Source of the DNA: Octopus bimaculoides
Taxonomy: Eukaryota
Length of the DNA stretch: 64,000 nucleotides
NCBI RefSeq assembly: GCF_001194135.2
Contig: NC_068982.1
Location: 57,861,686 to 57,925,685 of the forward strand
Direction: 5' to 3'
The number at the start of each line of letters is the position of its first letter. Position 1 is the stretch's first letter. Positions 51,918 to 64,000 of the stretch are shown here, one piece after another. The translations under genes were made by a program, and so were the position numbers. The notes beneath the pieces are model-generated. The model worked only from the letters and a program-made list of their open reading frames with translations, searched no databases and had not been told where the DNA came from.

Positions 51918-53716
51918 CTAAAAGTCTCCAAGGACCGAGTAGCAGTGGTGGCATTAATAAAAGTGTGTGATATATTATATCTGCCACCCAAGAATAGAAA
52001 TGGTTCCTCAGACAGATTTCCTCTGAGTCTCCCTTTTACAAGATTTCATTCACAAGGCTTTGGGTGGCCTGAATGTATAGTAGAAGACACATTCCCAAAG
52101 GTGTGTAGTGAGATCAACTCCAACAGCACACAGTTCCAAAGCAAACAACTTAACAACACAGTCAGGCCTGAATCCACAAACATGTCCTGCTCCAAAAATA
52201 TCCCAGGGCAGATAATCTCCAATATTTATAGGTTTCTAACTTTTGGCCTCCACCTGCAAAAGTGAGTTTTTCTAATACCAAAAGACTATTCTTTACAATA
52301 AATAAATAAATAAATAAAAGTTAAATAAAAAAGACTGAAATTCTCCTCTTCCCACCAGATCTATTCCAAACAACTTCAGAAGAAAAATAAAATGAGAGTA
52401 GGAATCATATAAAATTCTTCTGTTTTGCTCACCAAATAGATATCCTATTCTGTCCTATGAGACAGTTTGATACAACACAACATCTACCAAACAGCAGGCA
52501 CCAATAGACAACAAACATCCTCCAAAGAAGATTCTGCCTAATCTGTTTGCCTTCATTGCATGCAGACCCCCCACTAAGATAAAGCAGATATATGGAGAGG
52601 AGAAAAAAAAAATACCCAAAAAATAAAAACACACTGCAAAAAAAAAAAAACCAAAACAAATGATATGCCATAGTATAATCAAAGATAATATATAGATTTT
52701 TGTTTTTTCTTGCTTTTATTTTAGTATTTTATCTCCTCTTTCTTGCTTTTACTCTGTAATTGTTGTTGTTGTTGCTGTTGCTGCTGTGACTTTTGGTTTT
52801 GTTTTTCATAAAAATTAGATCCACATATGAGAATATACGAGATAAATGAAAGGCAATATCAATAAGAGAAACAGTTTGTCGTTNNNNNNNNNNNNNNNNN
52901 NNNNNNNNNNNNNNNNNNNNNNNNNNNNNNNNNNNNNNNNNNNNNNNNNNNNNNNNNNNNNNNNNNNNNNNNNNNNNNNNNNNNNNNNNNNNNNNNNNNN
53001 NNNNNNNNNNNNNNNNNNNNNNNNNNNNNNNNNNNNNNNNNNNNNNNNNNNNNNNNNNNNNNNNNNNNNNNNNNNNNNNNNNNNNNNNNNNNNNNNNNNN
53101 NNNNNNNNNNNNNNNNNNNNNNNNNNNNNNNNNNNNNNNNNNNNNNNNNNNNNNNNNNNNNNNNNNNNNNNNNNNNNNNNNNNNNNNNNNNNNNNNNNNN
53201 NNNNNNNNNNNNNNNNNNNNNNNNNNNNNNNNNNNNNNNNNNNNNNNNNNNNNNNNNNNNNNNNNNNNNNNNNNNNNNNNNNNNNNNNNNNNNNNNNNNN
53301 NNNNNNNNNNNNNNNNNNNNNNNNNNNNNNNNNNNNNNNNNNNNNNNNNNNNNNNNNNNNNNNNNNNNNNAAAAAAAAAAAAAAAAAAAAAACGAGGGCA
53401 CTGACAGCTTGTTTATCAGTCTCTTGGGTTTGTTGCTACCAAGCAATTCCTTAATCCAGATGTGATAGAAAAAGCCATAGTAGACTCTGTTATTCCTCGG
53501 TGCTTTACTTTCACTGGTCCTTGTGTGCCAGACATAAACCATATTACCACATTATATTCTCTACCCTGCACTGCTGATGTCAATGTCTATGATAACATGT
53601 TTGTGAAAGTGTACACATTGTTGGACTGGTGCCAACAAAACCAAGTTAGCTTTAACATACATGTACTCACACATAGTTCCTTTCAATGTATGCATGTATG
53701 TATATATGTATGTGCT

Positions 53717-53747
<31 letters not shown>

Positions 53748-54708
53748 GTGTATGTATGTATGACTGAATGTATATTTGCATACATTTAAATACACACATA
53801 CACAAACATATGTGCGTGTGTACGTACATATATATGTGTGTATGTGTATATGTATATATATATATATTTGTGTGTGTATGTATATATATATATATACACA
53901 CATATATACATACACATGTACACATATGTGTGTATGTTTATATATATATATATATATATATGCATGTATATACATACATGTATGTATAGACACATACACA
54001 ATACACATATGTATAGATATCTATTCTTATGTGTACACTGCGCTTTGTATACTTATGCACATACATACTCACTCCTTCAGACACATATGTTAGAACATGT
54101 GCAATGAGAGTGTTTGAGGTTGTGTGCATGTGTGTGTGCACAATAGAGAGAGAATATGAGTCCACGAGAAATGCTAGTATACAAAAATCTATACCTATTT
54201 GAGCAAGAGATGAAGTACGTACACAAAAATGTAAGTATATACATAACAATTTCAGATATACACATTCACTTACATATAAAACCAGTCCAAACACATCTAC
54301 ATAGTCCACTATATAAAAAAAAACGACAAAAAAGCATCATATACATTTGTAAAGTAAACTAGTCATATGCAAACATACACAAACACACACACACAATCAG
54401 CAAACACATATAAGCACATACAAAATAAATACATATATGTACAGATGTTTTCAAACTAGATACAATAAACCATACTGTTTTAAATGGATTATCAATACAC
54501 AAACAAACTACAAATGCGAGAATTTGTGAAGAAACTATAAAGTTATGTACATGAGTGCATGCATGCATGTGTGTGTGAGTGTGGTGTGTGTATTCAAATG
54601 AATTGTACATGGACTCACACATCTATACATATGACTAAATATATAGAATGTATATGTACATGTAAATAAGCATAAACATGCTTATACATATGTGCATGAG
54701 TGTGTAAT

Positions 54709-54743
<35 letters not shown>

Positions 54744-56942
54744 GTATGTATGTATACACACACACACATATAAAATACATACATATACATGTATATATAA
54801 ATATAGACACTTATGTACAAGTATATAGAAAAACCCATACACAGTACAAACACAGACAGGAGTATCTGTCAACAAACCTCAGAGTTTTAAATAGATTATC
54901 AATACAAATACATCTTAAATAAATATTTATTGATTAAATCTGAAATAATCATCTCTTGGTGGTGTACATTATTATATCAACTGCCTTCTTTGGCTGGCTA
55001 GCTTCTTCTCTTCTTCCAATCTATAATGCTGCTTCATTTTAAATTAGATAGAGCAAGCATCACTTCCACCTCTGAACATGTCCTAAACTGGTCTGCTTTC
55101 TAGCACACGCGTGGTTACATATACACATGTGTACATTTGCTGTTGTGGTTACAGGAAAGTGTTGCTATACTGAACCATTAACCACATGTGCAGTAACATG
55201 TGTGTGTATGGTGATAACATGTGCAAAGCTAAAATAGGAGTTGGGCCACATTTGATTACAAAACTATGAGCCAGTCTATTTTTTCATATTGTCTGTTTTA
55301 CTTTCTTATTTATCATTTATCTTTCTTTTACCTGTATCAGTCATTAGACTCTAGCCATGCTGGGGCACCACCTTGAAACTACCCTAGTACACATTTATTT
55401 ATTTTTTTAAAGCCTGGTACTTATCCTGTCAGTCTCTTTTGCCGAACTGCTAAGTTATGGGGATGTAAACACACCAACACCAGTTGTCAAGCAGTGGTAG
55501 AAGACAAACACAAACACCCACACACATATATCATCATTTAATGTCCATTTTCCATGCTGGCATGGGTTAGATAGATTGACAGAAGCTGGCCAGCTTAAGA
55601 GCACGCCAGGCTCCATGTCTGTTTTGACATAGTTTCTATAGCCAGATGCCCTTCCTAACTCCAACCACTTTACAGAATGTACCAGGTGCTTTGACACAGC
55701 ACTGGCATGGGTGTGTTTACATGGGACTGGTATGGGTGATTTTTACATGGCACCAGCATCCACAAGCCTGCAAGATTAGGAATACTCAGCTGGAAAGGGA
55801 TGCAAAGATCAGGCCTGTTTGCAAGGACAGTCATGCTTTTTATTTAGCTTAATGTGTCTTTTCAAGTACAGCAAACCACCAGGAATCTCGGTCCCTTGTC
55901 ATCCCCTCTGTGAGTCCCAACGTCTGTAGATCCTTTCTCATATACGATGGGCTTCTTTCAGTTTCTATCTACCAAATCAACTTGCAAAGCTTTGGTTGGT
56001 CTGAGGCAATAGTAGAAGACACTTGCCCAAGGTGCCACACAGTGGGACTTGAACCCGGAATCATGTGGCTGGGAAGCAAACTTCTAACCACACAGCCACA
56101 CCTGTGTTTATTGATTTATTTTATTTCTTTTGTTTTTTGTATCATTTCAATCAGGTGTTAAGGATTGTGCTCATAATCTTCAAGGCCTCTTCAAGACTGC
56201 ACTAACTGATCCAGCTGATATTTAACTTGAACAGGCACAAGTCAACATGACTCCATACAACAATATATATATGATTACAAATATGCAATTGGTCTCACAT
56301 ATATATATATATAATTTATGAAGTTGAAAAATCTTCAGTCAATTGAAATTATCCAAGAAATTAGAAAACAAAAACTTCCACGTCAAAAGGATTTTTATGC
56401 CCAATATTTTACATGCTAATATTTTCAGTTTCATCTGAAGTGATGAGTTGGCAGAATCGTTAGCACACTGGGGAAAATGCTTCGTGACATTTTGTCTGTC
56501 TTTACATTGTGAGTTCAATGTATACCAGTTTCTCCTCACCACATGAACAATGTTAGCCAAGGGAAAGGCAAAGGCCAATACAGCTTGGAACCAGTGACAC
56601 TGCAACTTATTTCTACAGGTGAGTGAACTGGGTCAATGTGAAATAAAGTGTTTTATCCAAGAACACGCAGCCTAGCCTAGGAATTGAACTCACTCCCACA
56701 TGATTGTGACCCTGATGCTCTAACCACTGAGCCATGTGCCTTGACTTATACGTGCATAAATGAGCAATGTGCCTTCACTGTATATAAATATATATACATA
56801 TCTTTTACTGAATTCTATCATCAAACTGTGACCATGCTAGGGGTTCTGCCTTTAAGGGTTATGCTCAACCTTATTGACTCCAGAACATATTTCAGCCTGA
56901 CAATTATATTTTTTTTATCAATCCTCATTTCTTCAACTGCTA

Positions 56943-56992
<50 letters not shown>

Positions 56993-57169
56993 ACACAAAT
57001 GGCAGAATAGAATTTCTTTATCAATTCAGGACATCTCATTTAATATGACATCACTTTGATTTTTCTTGCTTCATGTGTTTTGGTACTTTAGGGAACACAC
57101 TACAGTAAGAAACTTAGAGTAGCAATAGAGTAAATCAGGAGTTTTAAACACACACACACACACACAATC

Positions 57170-58143
57170 ATCATCATCATCATCAATTAATGTCCGCTTT
57201 CCATGCTACCATGGGTTGGACAATTTGACTGGGGACTCGTGAACCAGATGGCTACACCAGACTCCAATCTGATCTGTCAGAGTTTCTACAGCTGGATGCC
57301 CTCCCTAACGCCAACCACTCCGAGAGTGTAGTGGGTGCTTTTTATGTGCCACCGGTACAAGGGCCAGTCAGGCGGTACTGGCAATGGCCACGCTCAAATG
57401 GTGTTTTTTACGTGCCACCTGCACAGGAGTCAGTGTAATGTTTTGTTCACATGCAACCAGCACAAGTGCCAGTAAGGTGAAGCTGGAAACGATCGCGCTC
57501 AAATGGTGCTTTTACATGCCACCGGCACAGGGAGCCAGACCGCTGCTCTGGCAGTGATTCTGCTCGGATGGTGCCAGTCATCAAATTTGGTTCAGTTTCG
57601 ATCTCACTTGCCCCAACAGGTCTTCGCAAGCTGAGTTTAGTGTCCAATAAAGGAAGGTTGGCATGGGTGCCAGTCGTCAAATTTGGTTCAATTTCGATTT
57701 TGATTTCACTTGCCTCAACAGGTCTTCGCAAGCAGGGTTTTGTGTCCAAAGAGGGAAAGGTACGCATAAGTGGGCTGGCTACACCCCTGGTAAAGGCCAT
57801 GGGTTATGGTCTCACTTGTCTTGCCCAGGTCTTCTCACGCACAGCATATTTCCAAAGGTCTCGGTCAGAAGTCATCGCCTCAGTGAGGCCCAATGTTCGA
57901 AGGTCGTGCCTCACCACCTCATCCCAGGTTTTCCTGGGCCTACCTCTTCCGTAGGTTCCCTCAACTGCTAAGGTGTGGCACTTTTTTACACAGCTATCCT
58001 CATCCATTCTCGCTACATGACCATACCAGCACAATCGTCTCTCTTGCACACCACAACTGATGCTTCTTTGGTCCAACTTTTCTCTCAAGGTACTTACACT
58101 CTGTCGAGTATGCACACTGACATTACACATCCATCGGAGCATA
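57170..58143 (-). mobile_element. RTE-clade LINE 3' end (ORF2 C-terminus plus 3' UTR and (GAT)n tail)
   Basis: Peptide MLRWMCNVSVHTRQSVSTLREKL...QERRLCWYGHVARMDEDSCVKKC...GRGRPRKTWDEVVRHDL is a typical RTE ORF2 end; it continues into the UTR family scattered through the window. Confidence 0.85.
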
Positions 58144-60075
58144 NNNNNNNNNNNNNNNNNNNNNNNNNNNNNNNNNNNNNNNNNNNNNNNNNNNNNNNNN
58201 NNNNNNNNNNNNNNNNNNNNNNNNNNNNNNNNNNNNNNNNNNNNNNNNNNNNNNNNNNNNNNNNNNNNNNNNNNNNNNNNNNNNNNNNNNNNNNNNNNNN
58301 NNNNNNNNNNNNNNNNNNNNNNNNNNNNNNNNNNNNNNNNNNNNNNNNNNNNNNNNNNNNNNNNNNNNNNNNNNNNNNNNNNNNNNNNNNNNNNNNNNNN
58401 NNNNNNNNNNNNNNNNNNNNNNNNNNNNNNNNNNNNNNNNNNNNNNNNNNNNNNNNNNNNNNNNNNNNNNNNNNNNNNNNNNNNNNNNNNNNNNNNNNNN
58501 NNNNNNNNNNNNNNNNNNNNNNNNNNNNNNNNNNNNNNNNNNNNNNNNNNNNNNNNNNNNNNNNNNNNNNNNNACACATATACATACATGAATATATATA
58601 TATATATATATATATATTCTTTTATTTGTTTCAGTCATTTGACTACAGCCATGCTAGAGCACTGCCTTGAAGGGTTTTTAGTTGAACAAATCGATCCTAG
58701 GATTTTTTTTTTATTGGTCTGTTTGCTGAACTGCTAAGTTACGGGGATGTAAACACACCAGCACCAGTTGTCAAGTAGTGATGGGGGAAAACACAAGCAC
58801 ACACAGATATATACACACAAATATATATATGATGGGCTTCTTTCAGTTTCCATCTACCAAATCCACTCCCAAGGCTTTGATCAGCCCAAGGCTATAATAG
58901 AAGACACTTGCTCAAGGTGCCACACAGTGGGATTGAACCCGGAACCATGTAGTTTGGAAGCAAGATGTTTTGATTCCATTTGAAAGATTAGTTTAATATG
59001 AAATACTCTAACACTTGAACTCATGTGCTTGGTAATTGTATATTACTCATTTGAATATTTGGAGGGAAGGAACTGAATACATGCTTATAGCAAATGTCAC
59101 ATTTTATAGCATAAAAGAAAATAAGAAAAAATTTAAATATAAAAAAAATGAGTGAAATGTAGCTTATATTTCACGTAAATTACAAAAAATATAAAAAAAT
59201 TAAATGCTGCTTTTTAATTTAATGGGTTCTTATTTTTACAATTATTTATTTTTGTTAATGTATTTTATAAATTTTCTTTTATTTAATTATTATCACTTTG
59301 TTATTTTTTTGTTTTTTTGACTGCAACACAGTTGGAGACATGTGGTTGCAATACTTGAAAATCCAAAAGCAACAAAAACCCAAAACAAAAAAAAAAGGTA
59401 ATTCAAAATGAAAATAAATTGAAGAAATTTTAGATGATATTAGCTTCATGTTGCTCCTTAATATCAATGAAAGAGACTAGTTACTGACAACTTAATAGAA
59501 TTTAGCACCCAAGAAGAGACAATTTCAAACTGTAAGGACACTTTAGAAGTTTCATCAAGATGTAAGGATGCAGATGCTGTTTGAAAAACAACAAACAAAA
59601 AGCAGAAAGGAAACAAACAAAACTCGAATATGACTGAAGTATCTAGATGTCTATATTACATAAAGTTTAATAAAGCAATGCAATTAACAGACACTTAGAA
59701 CTCTCAATAAAATACACATAAAGGCACCCTCACATACACACACATCCAAAAGAAAAAAAAAGGAAAGAAAAGAAACAAACTGCATTAAATTTAGTTCTGT
59801 CAAATACAGTTTTAAAATGTCTTTTGCTATCTATAAAATATTACTTTCCCACGATGTAGGAGTACAAGAAGCTATAAGACCACCCCACTAATCAAAATAA
59901 TAGTAATAATAATAATAATAATGATAATAATGATGATAAAAATTTAAAAACATAATATTCCATTAAAGAAGCAAACTAAAAGATATTGAAGTATCAAAGA
60001 CAGAATTCTTAATTAAGTATATTTGCCATAGTTCATCTTCTTGAAAGGAAGTGTGTTACAGTCTGTTGAGTTGAC

Positions 60076-60176
60076 CTGGTGTCAATCTTCTGACTGAAGA
60101 TGGTTCGTGTCTGAATGTCAATGCTGCGTTGTGTCTCTGGCATAGAAATGAAGAGAGTTACATCAGTAGCGTTTAA
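60076..60176 (-). CDS. Candidate upstream exon Z: LNATDVTLFISMPETQRSIDIQTRTIFSQKIDT
   Basis: Very strong acceptor ttttttttttccacattctccag, CpG-containing unique sequence, one open frame. The donor is uncertain (CAG|gtcaac, or ACT|gtaaca at 60059) and the exon is not phase-linked to A. Confidence 0.4.
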
Positions 60177-62870
60177 CTGGAGAATGTGGAAAAAAAAAAA
60201 AACCTCCAGTGATCCAGCTTTGGGTAGGGTTGAGTTTAAAAAGCTGGACAACAAATCTTTGTAGAAGCACTTCTTCTTCATCCCCATCCCCAGCTTCTTC
60301 TCATTTAACATTTGCACCCCCATGTTGGCATGGGTTAGATGGTTTGAAAGGAACCAGTGGGTCCAAGAATCACATTGTGCTCCAGTTTCTGCTTTGGCTT
60401 GGTTCATATGATAGGCTTCTTTCAGTTGGCTGGATGCCCTTTCTAACACCAACCACTTTACAGTGTATACTGGGTACTTTGTTTTTGTGCCACCAGCACC
60501 AGCATTAGTGAGGTTACCATGAGCTTACTTTACATATTCTTTTAATGTTATCTTCACTACTTAGTCAAGTAGGGAAGAGTAGTACTCATGTGCTTCTTCG
60601 GAGCCTCTGAGACTGAGGGTAAATTAGAGATGTGGCTCAAATGCGTGCAACAACAGAACTTTGCAGAAAATACCCAAGAACCTAGAAGTGGTATTAAACT
60701 GAGCAACGGATTTTGTCTGGCATTGAAGAACTTAGAATGCAAAATGCCACAACTGATACTGCAATGTATTTTATCCAACATTCTCACAATTCCACCAACC
60801 TGCTGTCCTGGAACTTGTACTTTAATTTACTTATCCTGAAAGTACAAAAGGTGAAACTGACCTTGGAAGAATTTGAACTCAGAGTGCAGACAGCTGGAAT
60901 AAACACAGCAAAGCATTTTGCCCAATGTTCTAATAACCCTGTTAAACCTGCTAGATATGGCAATGAAATCTCACTTAAAACTCATTATGCTATCATATGA
61001 AAAGAAAGATATGCAGATAATGTAGTCCAAGATAGGATGTGATGGTCATGGAACTTGATTTTGAAGCACATAAATAAAAAGAATTATTTCATTTTCTCTT
61101 AAGAGTTTATAATTTTTTATGATGTTAAGTCTTTCACTCTCTTTCCACAAACACATACGCACACATATATTTGATGAAGTATAAATACTCTCTAAACTGG
61201 AACCAAGATGAGAGGGTCGATACACATTATATATTATTTGTTTGAAAAATCCTAAATGTTAAATTTTTCTCTGAATTTATCAGAAGAAAACGGTTTTGTT
61301 TTTACATGTGTTCATCAATAAAGAACATGTCTGAAACGGCTGTAGAAAACCTTAGCCCATCTGTGTTATTATTTATACTTCACCACCACACCTGAAACCT
61401 TTCCTGTGTTGGATCTTGAACCTGTAGTGGATCATGGAATATGTGCTGGAGTATAATTTTGAGTGACTTTATGTATATGTTGTGTATTTGCTCAATATTG
61501 TGAATATATGCATAACTGGAAGGACAAATCCATATTTACTTTAGTCAGTACATGAGTGTCTGTACCCACTGTCAGTGTACAAGTGCACTATCCCTGACTT
61601 TCTTAGTGCATTTGTTATTTAAAGATCTTGATTCCATCGGATCCTGAAAATTATGTATATGTTTGTATATCTAAGCATATATACTTATACATGTAGGAAT
61701 TACATGAACTCTACTACAGTTGCCACCTGGTCTTACATGCCAAAGAGAGCAATTAGCATCCACTGTCCTATCAATATCACTTCACAGGATTTGTCAACCT
61801 CTGCAGGCATTTCCTTTACATTTCATGTATTCTAAGCTTGTTCGTAGGAAATACCATCATAAGTGATCTATCTTTGCAGACTTCCTTTGACATTTATTGC
61901 TAGATTCTCACCACTTCCCAAAACTTAAAAAATAAAAAAAATAAAAAAACCAAAAGAAGAAAATGTAAAAAAGGTAAGAATATCAGATATCACATAAATA
62001 TCATACTTTTCTTCTTCTATAAAACCCCAGACTGCATGTCTATGAAAATTATCACCATTATTTGTATTATGATCATCATGTTTCTAACAGACCCATAAAA
62101 GTTTCTTCTGCACTACCAGATGCACTTCAATATTCCTGAGATGTGTGCAGCATTGTCTTTTGCAAGACAAAGAATTGTGCTTGCATGCTACATCAGTTTT
62201 GCTTTATTACAGAGTTTATCTTAGTTCTTAAATCATTTAAACTGTTTTTTTTTGTACAATATGCTCAAGTGAATTGTGTTATATTGTTAGGTGGTAATTA
62301 TGTTTCATATGTGTTGTGCTTTTGTTGTTAGGCCAGTTAAAAGCAGAAATGGTAATTAATATCTTTTTCCTTTCTCATCTTTTTACTCGTTTCAGTCATT
62401 AGATTGTGGTCATGTTGGGGCACCACCTTGAAGAATTTTTAGTTAAACGAATCAGCCCCAGTACTAATTTTTGTTAATCCTAGTATTTACTCAATCAGTC
62501 TCTTTTGTCAAACTGCTAAGTGGTGAGGAGATAAACATACCAACACTAGTTGTTTGAAATTTACAGAAAAAGACGAAGACAAGTGTATAAACAATAAACA
62601 GGTGTATAAAAGTTTAATACTTGGGAAGGTGAGAAAGTCTTTTGTTTCAAGTCTATGCTCTTCAACAGAAAGGAACACGAGGAAATAAACAGAGAGAGAG
62701 AATAAAAAAAATATACACATGCTGGACATCTTTCAGTTTCTGTCAACCAAATCCACTTAGAAGGCTTTGGTCAGCTCGCGGCTATAGCAGAAGACACTTG
62801 CACAAAGTGCCACACAGTGGGACTGAATCCAGAACCATGTAAGTGGAAAGCAAACTTCTTACCATACAAC

Positions 62871-62918
<48 letters not shown>

Positions 62919-62954
62919 AACATATATATGTGCAGAAGTATACATACATATACT

Positions 62955-63347
62955 CTTTTACTTGTTTCAGCCATTTGACTGTGGCCATGCTGGAGTACCG
63001 CCTTTAGTCGAGCAAATCGACCCCAGGACTTATTCTTTGTAAGCCTAGTATTTATTCTATCAGACTCTTTTGCCAAACCGCTAAGTTACGGGGATGTAAA
63101 CACACCAGCATCGGTTGTCAAGCGATATTGGGGGGACAAACACAGACACACAAACATATGCACACAGACATATATATATACACATATATATGACGGGCTT
63201 CTTTCAGTTTCCATCTACCAAATCCACTCACAAGGCTTTGGTTGGCTCGAGGTTATAGCAGAAGACACTTGCCCAAGGTGACATGCAGTGGGACTGAACC
63301 CAGAACCATATGGTTGGTAAGCAAGCTACTTACCACACAGCCACTCA
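62955..63347 (-). mobile_element. SINE family A, full length
   Basis: Reverse complement of the 49176-49590 copy with high similarity. Confidence 0.85.
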
Positions 63348-63349
63348 TA

Positions 63350-63380
<31 letters not shown>

Positions 63381-63938
63381 GCATGCATGTATATATGTGA
63401 CATATATAGTTCCACTTTAATAGTTTCAGTATTAATAGTCAAACTATTATACTGGAAGTATCTCAGATTACAATAGAGACATGTTATTTTTTCACTTTTG
63501 ACACGTAATACTGAAATAGTGTAAGAGATAAGAGATTACTCTGGGCTCACATTAGGCAAGAAGTTGAAAATTTTTTTTGGCCCATGATATTGCATGGACC
63601 CTAAGTAAAGAATGTGTAAAATCTGAATGAAATCAGTTGGGTAGTTCATGAGTTTTATGGATTCACCCAGACAGACACACACACACACACACACACACTC
63701 TCTCTCTCTCTGTCTCACACACACACACACACACACAGACATACACATTCTCAGTTTTATATATTAAAAAGATATATATATATGGCAAATAAGACGGATG
63801 ATGGTATATATGAGAATTTATTATTAATCACGACAATTGTTTTGACACTTCTAACATCGATCCCTCATGGGTGGGACATTCAACAACTGGTTCAGGAGCA
63901 TCTGGCGGTGCAGATATATTTCGTTGGGTGATAAATAA

Positions 63939-63976
<38 letters not shown>

Positions 63977-64000
63977 CAATAAGGAAATGGAGGGGGATAT

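Larger units (their letters stand above)
1945..58573. other. Twelve assembly gaps
   Basis: N-runs at 1945-2389, 4827-5025, 5757-5906, 11070-11742, 26907-26922, 28684-29319, 33222-33430, 35384-35393, 37410-38020, 39986-40089, 52884-53370 and 58144-58573; most abut simple repeats. Confidence 1.

Noticed and set aside
51843-51920. Plus-strand exon RRKDGAYDHFKYLRDKLAKEWSEVR-stop
   Set aside because: It overlaps exon A on the opposite strand; the minus reading continues in phase into exon B, so this is probably the antisense shadow.
148-63748. Long ORFs rich in YI, HT, CV, II or X in the supplied track
   Set aside because: They are translations of (TA)n, (CA)n and (AAT)n microsatellites or N-gaps, not genes.

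Overview
This is AT-rich, repeat-dense animal genomic DNA from a gapped draft assembly (12 N-runs). The SINE and RTE families resemble those I recall from octopus genomes; that assignment is recognition from memory, not a search result. No prokaryotic features, rRNA, true tRNA genes or CRISPR arrays are visible, and nearly all ORFs in the supplied track are artefacts of (TA)n/(CA)n microsatellites or N-gaps. Reading for splice signals by hand gives a chain of short (9-151 nt) minus-strand exons from about 51.9 kb down to 1.7 kb. Nine of them join in phase, and a second block of four joins in phase, giving an unidentified protein; the link between the blocks is uncertain. The chain includes a candidate 9-nt microexon. 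The introns carry tRNA-derived SINEs (some nested, one with a perfect 17-bp TSD), RTE and CR1/L2-like LINE relics, hAT- and piggyBac-like MITEs and several near-perfect inverted repeats. One inverted repeat holds a nearly complete minimal type I hammerhead ribozyme fold of the kind known from Penelope-like elements.
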